Below are positions 48,364 to 58,918 of a stretch of DNA of 64,000 bases, in pieces. A program made the translations under genes and the position numbers. The notes beneath the pieces were generated by a model, which saw nothing but the letters and a program-made list of their open reading frames with translations, searched no databases and was not told where the DNA came from. Each line of letters starts with the position of its first letter. The first letter of the stretch is position 1. The DNA lies in the IMG/VR virus record IMGVR_UViG_3300027759_004177, positions 124,001-188,000 of that record, one strand, 5' to 3'.

Positions 48364-49576
48364 TGAAATCGGTTTTTAATTTGGGAAAGTAACGCATAAA
48401 TCCGTCGCCGGGCTGATTTCGTATTGCCTTGATCTTGTTTGTAATCTCTGTGTAAAAATTCCAGGCCAACGGAACAAATATGACTTTTTTATCTGCAGGC
48501 ATCTGTTGAATGTAGTCACTGCTGACCACAGGTATTTCTGTGCCCGGGCAGTACAATCCTTGTTTGAGAGGATTATCATCTATCACAACATCAAGATCAA
48601 TGCCCGACGCATTGATCAAAGTCATGCCCTTGGCCGCAGCCCCATAGCCTATTACTGTATAACCAAATCCGCGATACTCATCAATTTGATCTTTTAATCG
48701 TGTTAATAAATCTTTTACATTGGTAGACCAGGTGTGATATGTGTCTGGTTGATGTAGTCGTGTTTCTGTAGCCAATATGTTTTTTACTCTGTGCTCGTTG
48801 CGTGGTTGCTTGGCCAGCACAAAAATATAACTTGTACCGTGTATAGGAGTCTTGACCACATCTATTAGATACATGCCGGCACGTTCAGCCAACTGCTTCA
48901 TTGATTCAGCATTGTAATAACTGATATGTTCGTGATAGATTGTGTCAAATTCTCCGTTTACAACCATGTCGGCTTGACTTGTACTGATAAAAAGTCTGCC
49001 ATCGGGTCGCAAATATTCTGCAGCCAACTTTAAATAACTCAAGGGATCAGGAATATGACTAAAAGCATTTTGACTGGTAATTGCATCAAAACTGTCCTGC
49101 CCCAACTGTTTAGCTGTTTCTGCGTTCCAGAATCCACACACCACTGAGTGGTTGGCACTGGATATAGGATACAAGTTTTCTGCAGGATCTATGCCCCAGG
49201 TTTGAAACTGTGCCTGACGGAATGCGTCAAGTTGACTGCCATCGTTACAGCCAATGTCTAGGACTGTGGTAGGCCAATAGCTAAATTGCTCACGCACAAA
49301 CCAAGCATACCAAGCACTATACTTTCTCAGTGTGGCACTAGTACCTGACACATACAGATAGTGTTTGTAGATCAACTCAGGGTTTACTGCATGAGTCAAT
49401 TGTAGGTGATCGCAAGACTCACAGCGATTGATACTTAATGGATAGCGTGATTCATGTATGGTGGTACGGATTTCTCTAAAAGCGTTGGCCAGTGGTTGCG
49501 GCTCAAAATTCAAAGTGGGTGTCAGCACATGGTGACCACATGCTAGACATTCTGTTATAGGCTTAAATTTTTCCAT
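48353..49576 (-). CDS. NDP-hexose C-methyltransferase
   Basis: CLAC..PLAN..C..C zinc domain, DIGCNDG, FDTIYHEH, HG, GYGAAAKG, LAWNF. Confidence 0.9.
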   Translation of the reverse strand: MEKFKPITECLACGHHVLTPTLNFEPQPLANAFREIRTTIHESRYPLSINRCESCDHLQLTHAVNPELIYKHYLYVSGTSATLRKYSAWYAWFVREQFSYWPTTVLDIGCNDGSQLDAFRQAQFQTWGIDPAENLYPISSANHSVVCGFWNAETAKQLGQDSFDAITSQNAFSHIPDPLSYLKLAAEYLRPDGRLFISTSQADMVVNGEFDTIYHEHISYYNAESMKQLAERAGMYLIDVVKTPIHGTSYIFVLAKQPRNEHRVKNILATETRLHQPDTYHTWSTNVKDLLTRLKDQIDEYRGFGYTVIGYGAAAKGMTLINASGIDLDVVIDDNPLKQGLYCPGTEIPVVSSDYIQQMPADKKVIFVPLAWNFYTEITNKIKAIRNQPGDGFMRYFPKLKTDFNDD

Positions 49577-50301
49577 TAGTTTTTAATTGCTGTACCGTTG
49601 GGTGCAATACAACCTTCTACGCCCAGGTTTTGTATTTCGTGTACATGCGGTTGTGGCAAAAATTTATACAACACATGCTCAATATCTACATATCCGCCTG
49701 CGGCTACACGTTGAGCAAAGAACACAAAACTGTCTTGATAAATCTGTATAGTTTCATCAAGCCTGGCAACGGGCCACGACCATAAACGTGCCATGTACTG
49801 TAGCGGAACTGTGGTTACTTCTATGGGAAATTGACTTTTATACTTAGGACCAATGATAAACTTGTCTGCTATGTCAGTTTGCTCATAGGTCTCTGGATCA
49901 AACATGTCATTCAATACGTAACGTCCAGACATTTTGTGTATACGATCAACACCTGCAAATTGACCAGAATCTTTTAGCATGGTCAATGCACGACTAAAAC
50001 ACATGATTTCTGTGCCATTTTTGACCACGTCCCAGTTGTCGCTGTCGTACATGTCTTGTACGTCTGGGTCTGTACTAAAATTAATCACTGTGTCACAGGA
50101 TTTTGCCAACGCTATTAGTTGTTCTTCGGTTACTGGAGTGCCACAGCATTCCATGATAAAGATCTTGGCTGTGGGTATTTTGTTCTTGATACTGGTGATT
50201 GTATCGATAGTTTGTTGCAATCGTTCTGCAGGAGAGAACACACCAAACTTACTATTAACAGCACTTGTTACTACAAATGCATGTTTTATTTGCTGAGCCA
50301 T
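49576..50301 (-). CDS. Putative glycosyltransferase-like protein
   Basis: VTSAV, ERLQQT..TI.SI, KMSGRY, DIEH. Confidence 0.55.
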   Translation of the reverse strand: MAQQIKHAFVVTSAVNSKFGVFSPAERLQQTIDTITSIKNKIPTAKIFIMECCGTPVTEEQLIALAKSCDTVINFSTDPDVQDMYDSDNWDVVKNGTEIMCFSRALTMLKDSGQFAGVDRIHKMSGRYVLNDMFDPETYEQTDIADKFIIGPKYKSQFPIEVTTVPLQYMARLWSWPVARLDETIQIYQDSFVFFAQRVAAGGYVDIEHVLYKFLPQPHVHEIQNLGVEGCIAPNGTAIKN

Positions 50302-51326
50302 CTGTTATTCTCCAAAGTCCATTTAGTCATTTCTGCGATGCGTTCACTTAGTTTAATCTTTGGCTCCCATCCTAGCTCTTTTAACAGGCCGCCATCTAAC
50401 GCATAGCGTAGGTCATGTCCAGGTCTGCTTCCGTGGAAGTCGACCATTTCATAGTTTAATTCTCGGCCTTGTGCAGCCGCCACCATCCGGGCCAAGGTCA
50501 AGTTATCAATTTCTTCTGTGCCTACCAGGTTAAACTTGGGGCAATGAGCCCAACCATAGTCGCCTGTGTGTTTATAGTCTGCTGGCAACGTTTCAAGAAT
50601 AAACATCAGGCCTTCGGCCACATCCTTGGCATGGATATACATGCGTGTGCCAGCTTCTGTACAATCTTCGTTGGCATGGATATACACTTTTTCGCCATCC
50701 CTGGCACGTTGGATGCACATGGGAATGAACTTCTCTGGATGTTGGCGTTCACCAAACACGTTCATGGTGTGGGTTACCACGATAGGCATCTTGTAGGTGT
50801 TTTCATAAGCCACACAAAACTCTTCTGCGGCCGCTTTGCTAGCAGAGTAAGGGTTTGTTGAGTTATAACGATCATATTCTCGATAGCTGACTCCCGGAGG
50901 AGCAACACCAAAGATTTCGTCTGTGGAGAAATAAACAAAACGTTCCAGATTAGGCAGGTGCTTGCGAGCATAGTCCAACAAATGTACTGTACCAACCACG
51001 TTGTCTTGCACAAACTCCATGGGATACTGGATACTGCGATCCACGTGCGATCCTGCGGCCAGGTGTAGCACAATATCAATCGGCCCAATATCCTTGACAA
51101 TCATTTCGTTAAGTTCGGCTTTGAGATCGTGGAATACAATGCGTAGTCGCTTGCTTACTTTCGCAGGATCATGATCCTGTAACATATCGTGTAGTCTGTT
51201 TAAATTGCCTGAAATATCCAGGCGATCCAGACATACGATCCGCCAGTCGGTGTCGTTTAAAATTTTATCAATTACATGATGTGCGATGAATCCAGCACCG
51301 CCGGTGATTAATACTGTCTTTGACAT
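50286..51326 (-). CDS. NDP-sugar 4,6-dehydratase (RmlB-like)
   Basis: TGGAGFI, AAGSHVDRS, STDE, PYSASKA, RPGHDLRY; promoter TTGACA-N17-TATAAT at 51349-51377. Confidence 0.92.
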   Translation of the reverse strand: MSKTVLITGGAGFIAHHVIDKILNDTDWRIVCLDRLDISGNLNRLHDMLQDHDPAKVSKRLRIVFHDLKAELNEMIVKDIGPIDIVLHLAAGSHVDRSIQYPMEFVQDNVVGTVHLLDYARKHLPNLERFVYFSTDEIFGVAPPGVSYREYDRYNSTNPYSASKAAAEEFCVAYENTYKMPIVVTHTMNVFGERQHPEKFIPMCIQRARDGEKVYIHANEDCTEAGTRMYIHAKDVAEGLMFILETLPADYKHTGDYGWAHCPKFNLVGTEEIDNLTLARMVAAAQGRELNYEMVDFHGSRPGHDLRYALDGGLLKELGWEPKIKLSERIAEMTKWTLENNRWLSK

Positions 51327-51373
51327 GTTGTTCCTAATTGAATTTTATATTATATACTAGTTGAAATGCAATG

Positions 51374-52231
51374 TCAAGCACGACAAGCATCTGTACAGCT
51401 CTTACACAGGCTTTCATCTGTGTAATAGGGTAAAGCATTTAATTCCAATAACCGTGTCATGGCCGGATTGGTTGGTAAATCCGCATAATCCTGTTCGAGC
51501 AAATTGCCCATAACATGTTTTTTATCATAGTCCATACAGCACAGCAGTACTTCGCCGTTTGGTAGCAACACTCCCTGATTGTACAGATCGGTTTTGCTAC
51601 ATTTGACGGGATAGTTGTGTTTGGGACTGAACGCAATTGGTTGCTCTTTGACCGACTCTGTATCCAAGGTACCAGCACGATCGTGTGCAGCAATTGACCA
51701 TGAGTGACTAACACCGACCCCGGGAAGATTTTGGATTGCGGGATGAACTCCGTGATCGCTCATGGTCATGGCTTCGTAGTGTATGCCAGCGGCCTGTACC
51801 ACAGCAGTTACACCAGCAAATGCATAGTTCCATTCTTCACTGGGTTTCCAACCTTTCATGTTGCCTTGATCGTCGGGGAAATGTATTTTGACAATGTCAA
51901 TTTGCTTGGCATAGTTAAACAACAGTTCGCCCATGCGGTGCACAGTTGCTTCGTCCCAGTTGTACAATGTGGTAAAAATTGCTGCTCTAAATCCCCGTTG
52001 CATGGCATATTCAAACATGTCAGTGCAATCGGGATTGACCCAAGGTTCTGCCTGTCCCGAAAAGTCCAGTCGCACATGAGTGGGTATTTTGTCTACTATG
52101 GTTTTAAAGTCTGCCAGCGTCATGTATTTTACATCATCGCCGTAGGCATCTCGTAAACTGTCCTGCGGACAGTAGTTGCACATCAATGGGCAACCAATCA
52201 TTGTGGTAATTTCTAAGGTGTATGCGTTCAT
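51374..52231 (-). CDS. Radical SAM protein with C-terminal SPASM/twitch domain
   Basis: CPLMCNYC; C...CCMD...CKSC. Confidence 0.88.
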   Translation of the reverse strand: MNAYTLEITTMIGCPLMCNYCPQDSLRDAYGDDVKYMTLADFKTIVDKIPTHVRLDFSGQAEPWVNPDCTDMFEYAMQRGFRAAIFTTLYNWDEATVHRMGELLFNYAKQIDIVKIHFPDDQGNMKGWKPSEEWNYAFAGVTAVVQAAGIHYEAMTMSDHGVHPAIQNLPGVGVSHSWSIAAHDRAGTLDTESVKEQPIAFSPKHNYPVKCSKTDLYNQGVLLPNGEVLLCCMDYDKKHVMGNLLEQDYADLPTNPAMTRLLELNALPYYTDESLCKSCTDACRA

Positions 52232-53097
52232 CTGATTGTGTATGGAAACTCTGGTAATAGGGCTCTGGCCTGTGCAACTGGATTATTCAAAATGTACTGT
52301 TGATATTTATTCTGATTGTCGCACAGGTATTTTGGAAAGTAGTTGTCCAACTCTACAATTTCATAACTGTCGTCGCTGTCTTGTTTCCAACTGGTGCGTT
52401 TGGCGATGCTGGCTTCGGGGTCTATTTGTGCCAAAAATTCTGGTGTGTTTACTTCCTGATGGCTAAAACTCTGGGCTTTGTCTATCAAATAGTCTCTATC
52501 GCCCAGATAACCAAAATGCCATCCTGCGTGTTCTACCACTTCACATCCGTTGTTGGCAAACTGATATTCACTGCCAAAAAAACTAAAACGCATGTCTCTT
52601 AGGCTGTTGGCTGTGATATCTTTGAGCACACGGCATCTAGCAGCCATGCCCCAAATGTTATATCTATCGGGACTCAGCTTCATATAATTAAATTTAAAAT
52701 TAAATATGGGCATACGCATAGCAAATATGGTCTGATCACTACGACGCATATAATCAACAGCCTGTGTTCGCGGTATTTCATCAACATCCGAAATGATAAT
52801 GATATCGTTGTCATCGGCCTTGGTTAACCCGCGAACAATGGCATTACGCTGATGATGTTCGTTGTCCCAGGGATTGGCACTGGCCGGCATATCGGTCACT
52901 TGTACATAGATCACTTTGTCCAAATAGGGCTTAAAGCGGTCTGTATGATCGTACAAGTTGAATGGTTTGGCTCGATTTGTAAAGGTTTGGTTAGATTCAA
53001 CAATGACAAAGTGGTCTACTTTGTCGTATAATTCACTTAAACGCAGTTCCAGTAGGTCAAGCTCATTGTAAAATGTAAAGCAATCATATATTTTCAT
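52228..53097 (-). CDS. GT17 (MGAT3-like beta-1,4-GlcNAc transferase) glycosyltransferase
   Basis: IYDCFTFYNELDLL..R, VES..TF, E..QR, SDVDEIP, GWHF.Y. Confidence 0.88.
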   Translation of the reverse strand: MKIYDCFTFYNELDLLELRLSELYDKVDHFVIVESNQTFTNRAKPFNLYDHTDRFKPYLDKVIYVQVTDMPASANPWDNEHHQRNAIVRGLTKADDNDIIIISDVDEIPRTQAVDYMRRSDQTIFAMRMPIFNFKFNYMKLSPDRYNIWGMAARCRVLKDITANSLRDMRFSFFGSEYQFANNGCEVVEHAGWHFGYLGDRDYLIDKAQSFSHQEVNTPEFLAQIDPEASIAKRTSWKQDSDDSYEIVELDNYFPKYLCDNQNKYQQYILNNPVAQARALLPEFPYTIR

Positions 53098-53148
53098 AGC
53101 TGTATTTAAGCATAATAAATACCTTACTGTCAAATTTTCAAGGATCAT

Positions 53149-53790
53149 ATGTACGCTGTCGCAAGTATCAACACACTAGACTATCAAGATTTAGCCGATT
53201 TAACTGATGCACCCAAACAGGAATACTGTGATCTACACGGATACGAATTCCATGTACTCAAGGAAACACGGTACAGTCCTATTATGGGCTTTAACAAAAT
53301 CCACTATGTATTAGACATTTTTAAACAACGCCCTGATATCGAGTGGTTGTTGTTTAGTGAATGCGATGCCATGATTACCAACATGACTATCCGAATGGAA
53401 GATCGGATTGATAACGATTATCATTTTATTGTACCCGTAGATAGATTAAACATCAACTCAGGCAACTTCTTGGCTCGTAACAGTGAAGAAGGTCGTGCTT
53501 ACTTACAAATGATTGTGGACTTGGAAGAAAGCTACCAGGATGTAGAGTGGGCCGAACAACAGGTTATCATTGACACAGTATCAGACCTGTCTGCTATTGT
53601 TAAAATTGTTCCACAGCGTTACATGAACAGCTATGAACCGCAGATTTATGATTACTGCGATGCACGTTTTGATATCATGGGTAACTCAGGCGCTTGGGAA
53701 CCCGGAGATTGGATTGTACACTGGCCTGGAACATATAAGCCAGCTCGCATTGCTCGTGCCACAGAACTGACCAAACAAATTGTTAGATGA
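53149..53790 (+). CDS. GT34-like (GMA12/MNN10) glycosyltransferase
   Basis: K..YC..HGY, W....CDAMITN, INSGNFL.RN, EQ, MNSY, GDWIVHWPG. Confidence 0.8.
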   Translation: MYAVASINTLDYQDLADLTDAPKQEYCDLHGYEFHVLKETRYSPIMGFNKIHYVLDIFKQRPDIEWLLFSECDAMITNMTIRMEDRIDNDYHFIVPVDRLNINSGNFLARNSEEGRAYLQMIVDLEESYQDVEWAEQQVIIDTVSDLSAIVKIVPQRYMNSYEPQIYDYCDARFDIMGNSGAWEPGDWIVHWPGTYKPARIARATELTKQIVR

Positions 53791-54602
53791 TGGAACACAT
53801 TTTTAAACTGCCGCCTATCAGGCAAGCCTACAGCAACGATTATACACAGTATGGTCGTCCGGGTGTGATTGGTTATTGGTTTGAAATGGATCATCCCTAT
53901 GAAGGGCATAGAGATTTTAGTCAAACCCTAGATATCTACCTAAATGACTACAACTGGAGTAAAATACTCAAATCTGGCACCACCATAGTAGACATTGGTG
54001 CACACAGTGGAGATACTGCTGTACCCATGATGGCCATGAGTGGCTATTGTGTACTGACTGTAGAATGTAATCCTACCATATATCCTTGGTTGGAGTTTGC
54101 CTGCAACATGAATCGCCATCTGGGCAAGTTTGTGGTTGCCAGTGAAGCTGTGACCACAGAAGATGACGTCACAGTAACATTCAGTGATCACAACAACGGT
54201 ATGTGTAACGGAGGCCTAGTAAATCATAACTGGGGCATCGGCGCTGGATCAGGTTCTATTGATGTGCCGGGTATCCGGTTAGAAACCCTGTGTCGTAGAT
54301 ATTTAAATGCGGAAGAAATTGCCCGCATTGATCTTATCAAGGTTGACACCGAGGGTCATGATTTTGTAATATTAGACAGTAGCCGTGAGTTTATTGACAG
54401 CTTACGTCCAAAGTTGTTTGTAGAGTGGTTTAGTGGCTTTGGCACAGAAGAAGTCCGGCGTATGTTTGATATTGTTGCCAGCATGGACTATGTTCCGTTA
54501 TATCCAAAAACATTCGAGACAGCTGATCCAGCTCGACCCAGCGAAGATTTGTTGTTGATACACAGTACAAAATTACAAGAGTTTTTACAAGAAGTACGAT
54601 AA
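53787..54602 (+). CDS. FkbM-family methyltransferase
   Basis: VDIGAHSG, IKVDTEGHD, P.LFVE. Confidence 0.88.
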   Translation: MMEHIFKLPPIRQAYSNDYTQYGRPGVIGYWFEMDHPYEGHRDFSQTLDIYLNDYNWSKILKSGTTIVDIGAHSGDTAVPMMAMSGYCVLTVECNPTIYPWLEFACNMNRHLGKFVVASEAVTTEDDVTVTFSDHNNGMCNGGLVNHNWGIGAGSGSIDVPGIRLETLCRRYLNAEEIARIDLIKVDTEGHDFVILDSSREFIDSLRPKLFVEWFSGFGTEEVRRMFDIVASMDYVPLYPKTFETADPARPSEDLLLIHSTKLQEFLQEVR

Positions 54603-55438
54603 TGAAAATTTTAATCACCGGCACCACAGGATTTTTAGGACGCAGCCTGGCCGACTATTTTGGTACCACTCACGAGGTCATTGAACACACCAGAACCAGT
54701 GTTAGACTCAGTGGAGCCATTTACATACACAAACCCGACCTAATCATTCATTGTGCTGGCGAAATATACAAGGCCGACGTCATGTACAATACCAATGTTG
54801 GCATGGTCAACGAAATACTGGAAAGTGTGCGTGAATACTGTCCTGGTTGCCGAGTTATACAGATAGGTAGCAGCGCCGAATATGGCCCAATGAATCGTGC
54901 TACATCAGAAACAGATCCAATCAATCCAGTGGACGTGTACCAAGCCACCAAAGGTGCAGCCACCCTGTTGTGTCAGGCCTATGCCCGACAGTACGGGCTT
55001 AAAACCATGGTGGCCCGCATATACTCAGGTTATGGCATACACGAAAGACCACACAGGTTATTTCCCACACTATATCGTGCGTTTTTCAATGATGAGCCAA
55101 TGACCTTGTATCAAGGCTATCACGACTTTATCTACATTGAAGACTTTGTACGTGCCATAGATCAAGTCAAAGATTTTGTTTGGGAACCAGGTGAAATCAT
55201 AAACTTTGGCTCCGGTCGACAGCACAGCAATTTTGAAGTACTAGAAGCCTGGGAACGAGTTACTGGACGTACAGCACCAGTAGAAAAACGTGATCAACTC
55301 AGTAAGGCTTACGAAAGTACAGTATGGGTATGTGACAACACCAAATTACGCCTGCGATGTGGAGTCCAACTACAATATGACTTGGACGCAGGCATACAAG
55401 ATTTTATAAAGAAAATGCAAAATGTTAAAACAAATTAA
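54602..55438 (+). CDS. NAD-dependent epimerase/reductase
   Basis: TGTTGFLG, GSSAEYG, YQATK, DFIYIED. Confidence 0.9.
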   Translation: MKILITGTTGFLGRSLADYFGTTHEVIEHTRTSVRLSGAIYIHKPDLIIHCAGEIYKADVMYNTNVGMVNEILESVREYCPGCRVIQIGSSAEYGPMNRATSETDPINPVDVYQATKGAATLLCQAYARQYGLKTMVARIYSGYGIHERPHRLFPTLYRAFFNDEPMTLYQGYHDFIYIEDFVRAIDQVKDFVWEPGEIINFGSGRQHSNFEVLEAWERVTGRTAPVEKRDQLSKAYESTVWVCDNTKLRLRCGVQLQYDLDAGIQDFIKKMQNVKTN

Positions 55439-56132
55439 AACAACAAAAGATAGAATTCACAATATTGAAACCGACGATGCAGAAATTGTTGATTGGTTTG
55501 ATCGTCCAGACGTGACCATGACTGACTGCATTCTAGATCAGCTCAACAATGAACGTCTATACGATCCGGTACTGGCCAACAAAGAAAATTTAATCATGCT
55601 CGATGTTGGGGCAAACATAGGACTGTTTAGTTTGTATGCTCAGGACAGCGCCAAACAGATCATTTGCCTAGAGCCAACTCCTAACACACTTGGCATTTTA
55701 GAAAAACTCACTGCCGGCATTGACTGTATTAAAATAGCACCTGTTGCTCTCAGTGACAGCGACGGGGAAATTACATTTTACATCAATGAAAACCCCACAA
55801 TCAATTCCGTGGTCAACCAAGCGGGTACAGAAGTTCGAGTACAAGCTCGCACCATTGAAACTGTGTTACGAGAGCAGGCTCTTGACTGGGTGGACTTTGT
55901 CAAATGCGACATCGAAGGCTCAGAAATGTTGGCCATTACCGAAGCTACCTTAGACCCAGTCAAGGACAAGATTGGTAGTTGGTACATTGAAGTGCATCAA
56001 ACCAATGGCAACACTGGTGCTCCGTGGCCCGGCAACTTGGAAGATAACAGACAGCAACTACTTGCTGTTTTACGCAACGCTGGCTATTCAGCAGAACCAA
56101 TTATCCACGATCAAATATTTGCATGGAAATGA
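55422..56132 (+). CDS. FkbM-family methyltransferase
   Basis: LDVGANIG, EP, VKCDIEGSE, EVH. Confidence 0.88.
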   Translation: MLKQIKTTKDRIHNIETDDAEIVDWFDRPDVTMTDCILDQLNNERLYDPVLANKENLIMLDVGANIGLFSLYAQDSAKQIICLEPTPNTLGILEKLTAGIDCIKIAPVALSDSDGEITFYINENPTINSVVNQAGTEVRVQARTIETVLREQALDWVDFVKCDIEGSEMLAITEATLDPVKDKIGSWYIEVHQTNGNTGAPWPGNLEDNRQQLLAVLRNAGYSAEPIIHDQIFAWK

Positions 56133-56743
56133 CACCTTTACAACGCAGAGTAGTTGATATCACATATCAGGAACGACTAAGTCATCTTAGTTCAACATTG
56201 AGTGCTTTGCCTATCATTGAAGAAATTTATGCTGAACGCCAAGCGGATGAAGTATTCATCTTGAGCAACGGTCATGCAGGCTTGGCTCTGTATGTCGTGC
56301 TAGAAAAGTATTACGGTGTGGATCCTGTTGAGATGTTACATAAACATGGTATACACCCAGGCAAGGACTTGGCAAATCATTTGTATTGCTCTACTGGTAG
56401 TTTGGGCTCAGGATTGCCTATTGCTGTGGGGCATGCATTGGCCACTCCCAACAAAAGAGTTTATTGCATGATTTCAGACGGTGAATGTGCTGAAGGTAGC
56501 ATATGGGAAAGTCTGCGTTTTATCAATGAACATCCGGTTGATAATTTAGAAGTGTATGTGAATGTCAACGGACTAGGTGCTTACGATGCAATCAACTCTG
56601 CATACTTGATCAAACGGTTGCAATGTTTTTTACCACGTATTCGCATTAAACAAAGTGATCCATTAAGCTGGTCATTTGCCCAAGATTTGCTGACACACTA
56701 CTATGTATTAAATGAAGAAAATTATCAGGAGATTGTTCGATGA
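56129..56743 (+). CDS. Transketolase-like N-terminal (TPP-binding) subunit
   Basis: SH...LS, LSNGHA, STGSLG.GL, SDGECAEGSIWE...N. Confidence 0.9.
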   Translation: MTPLQRRVVDITYQERLSHLSSTLSALPIIEEIYAERQADEVFILSNGHAGLALYVVLEKYYGVDPVEMLHKHGIHPGKDLANHLYCSTGSLGSGLPIAVGHALATPNKRVYCMISDGECAEGSIWESLRFINEHPVDNLEVYVNVNGLGAYDAINSAYLIKRLQCFLPRIRIKQSDPLSWSFAQDLLTHYYVLNEENYQEIVR

Positions 56744-57222
56744 GAAAAGAATGTGCTCAACTACTCCTGGAAGAAATGAGTGTGAACGATCGTATTCGTG
56801 TGGTCACTGCTGACCTAGGGTTTGGCATCTTAGATCATATTCGCAATGCCTATCCAGATCGATTTTACAATGTGGGTGCTGCCGAGCAACTAATGATTGG
56901 TGTGGCTGTGGGCATGGCCGAAAATGGATTAATTCCTGTGTGTTATTCAATGAGCAGTTTCTTATTGTATCGCCCATTTGAATTCCTGCGTAATTATGTT
57001 GACTACGAAGGCGTTAATGTCAAACTGTTGGGATCAGGTCGCAACAAAGATTACAGTCATGATGGCATTAGCCATTGGGCACACGATGATGAAAAAGTGT
57101 TACAGGCATTGCCAAACATTGAAATATACAAGCCGGGTAGCCTGGAAGAACTTGATGTGAATTTTGATCAATGGATCAACAGCACCAAACCTGGCTACTT
57201 AAATTTAACGAGAAAAATATGA
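56740..57222 (+). CDS. Transketolase-like pyrimidine-binding subunit (short)
   Basis: TADLG, FYNVGAAEQ, R.FE, GISH. Confidence 0.88.
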   Translation: MRKECAQLLLEEMSVNDRIRVVTADLGFGILDHIRNAYPDRFYNVGAAEQLMIGVAVGMAENGLIPVCYSMSSFLLYRPFEFLRNYVDYEGVNVKLLGSGRNKDYSHDGISHWAHDDEKVLQALPNIEIYKPGSLEELDVNFDQWINSTKPGYLNLTRKI

Positions 57223-57815
57223 GTCAAGAACTTATAGATGCACAAAAACTCACTGATGTACTGAGCAGTCACGTGTACTCCCCTATCATTGCATATCTTG
57301 AAAAAAGCAAGGGTAACTATTTAGAAATTGGTGTGTTTAACGGAGTGGGCCTACATACTGTAGCGACCGCGTATCCTAAAAAATTATGCGAAGCAGTTGA
57401 TCCTTTTATTGAGGATGGATACACTACCCGATCATCGGGGTGTAATACTGGTGCTGTTATGGATGCACAAAGAAATTCGACCATGGCATTTGTAAAAGAA
57501 TGTAAAAATGTTAATCTTAACATCATGACCAGTCACGAATATTTTAAACAATTAACACCAGTAAAGATTGCCAAATTAAACATTGGTGCTGTGCTGATTG
57601 ACGGAAATCATCACTACGAGTTTGTGGTTAATGATTATCAGTTGGCCATGACTGTGATTGATCGTAAAGAAGGATTGGTTGTGTTTGATGACATCCAAGT
57701 CGATGGTGTCAGGCAGGCACTCAATGAATTTACAATTGAATACGCAGATAGAATTGAAAAAACTGAATCCATAGCAGATGTAGCTACTGCTGTTTTTATT
57801 AAAGAGGCCTTATGA
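57219..57815 (+). CDS. Class I SAM methyltransferase (Methyltransf_24-like)
   Basis: LEIGVFNG, VDPF, IDGNHHY, VFDD. Confidence 0.85.
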   Translation: MSQELIDAQKLTDVLSSHVYSPIIAYLEKSKGNYLEIGVFNGVGLHTVATAYPKKLCEAVDPFIEDGYTTRSSGCNTGAVMDAQRNSTMAFVKECKNVNLNIMTSHEYFKQLTPVKIAKLNIGAVLIDGNHHYEFVVNDYQLAMTVIDRKEGLVVFDDIQVDGVRQALNEFTIEYADRIEKTESIADVATAVFIKEAL

Positions 57816-58756
57816 AACGTGTAGTATATGTAACCGGGTGTTTGGGCTTGATTGGTAGTCATGTGACTCGTGCTTGTCTTGACAAAGGATGGCATGTGCG
57901 TGGGGTGGATAGTGTGACCTATGCGGCCACTGCCAACATAGATGAGTTCTTTGCTTACGAAAACTTCATGTTTGAAGAATCAGACATCAATGATATCGAA
58001 CGTCTTTATAACTGCGACTATATCATTAATACAGCCGCAGAAACACACGTGGACAACTCAATCCTTTCCAGTGATGTTTTCCTAAAAAGCAACATCAATG
58101 GTGTACACCATTTGCTAGAACTCATCAAAGAAGCCAAACACAAGCCAACTCTGCTACACTTTAGCACAGACGAAGTTTACGGCGATTTAGTTGACGGTTT
58201 CCATGCAGAAACAGACCTGTTGAAGCCAAGTAACCCTTATAGTGCCACCAAGGCAGCCGCAGATCAATTGATACTAGCTTGGGCACGTACATTCAATGTG
58301 CCTTATGTGATTGTGCGTCCAACCAACAACTATGGTATTGGACAATACATTGAGAAGTTTATTCCCACCAGTATCAAAGCACTGAGCCTGGGTCGTCCTA
58401 TTCCCTTACACGATGCTGGTTTACCCAAGCGTACCTGGCTACACGCAAGTGACACAGCCGAAGCCATTATTACTCTAATAGAAGCTGGTGTGCAAAACGA
58501 TATCTTTAATATTTCGGGCAACTACGAAGAACAAAACATTGTGGTTGCTAAAAAGATCATTGACATGTACTACTTGGGTGGATGTAAAGGATTGTATGAT
58601 GAGCATCTCGATACAGGTATCAAGCGTCAAGGACAGGATGTGCGTTATGCAATTGATGACGCCAAAATAAAAGCCCTGGGTTGGATGCCCCGGGCCAATT
58701 TTGATACAGAACTACGAGCAATAGTGGATCACTACGCTAAAAACTTCGTCTGGTAA
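57812..58756 (+). CDS. NDP-sugar 4,6-dehydratase (second RmlB-like)
   Basis: TGCLGLIG, AAETHVDNS, STDEVYG, PYSATKA, R.GQDVRY. Confidence 0.9.
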   Translation: MKRVVYVTGCLGLIGSHVTRACLDKGWHVRGVDSVTYAATANIDEFFAYENFMFEESDINDIERLYNCDYIINTAAETHVDNSILSSDVFLKSNINGVHHLLELIKEAKHKPTLLHFSTDEVYGDLVDGFHAETDLLKPSNPYSATKAAADQLILAWARTFNVPYVIVRPTNNYGIGQYIEKFIPTSIKALSLGRPIPLHDAGLPKRTWLHASDTAEAIITLIEAGVQNDIFNISGNYEEQNIVVAKKIIDMYYLGGCKGLYDEHLDTGIKRQGQDVRYAIDDAKIKALGWMPRANFDTELRAIVDHYAKNFVW

Positions 58757-58918
58757 TTACTCTGCTTCATTGGAACTAACACGTTCACCAAGATACTGTT
58801 TGACAACACGAACCAATTTGCGTTCAGTATCATAAACAAACTCTTTGGCTTCTTCTTCGGTATTGACTACCAAAATAAAACCATTTGCCGCACGGCGAAT
58901 TTCAAGTGATTCAAACAT
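58757..58918 (-). CDS. 53-aa hypothetical protein (not in ORF track)
   Basis: MFESLEIRRAANGFILVVNTEEEAKEFVY...; GGAG RBS; promoter TTGACC-N17-TATACT at 58950-58978. Confidence 0.7.
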   Translation of the reverse strand: MFESLEIRRAANGFILVVNTEEEAKEFVYDTERKLVRVVKQYLGERVSSNEAE

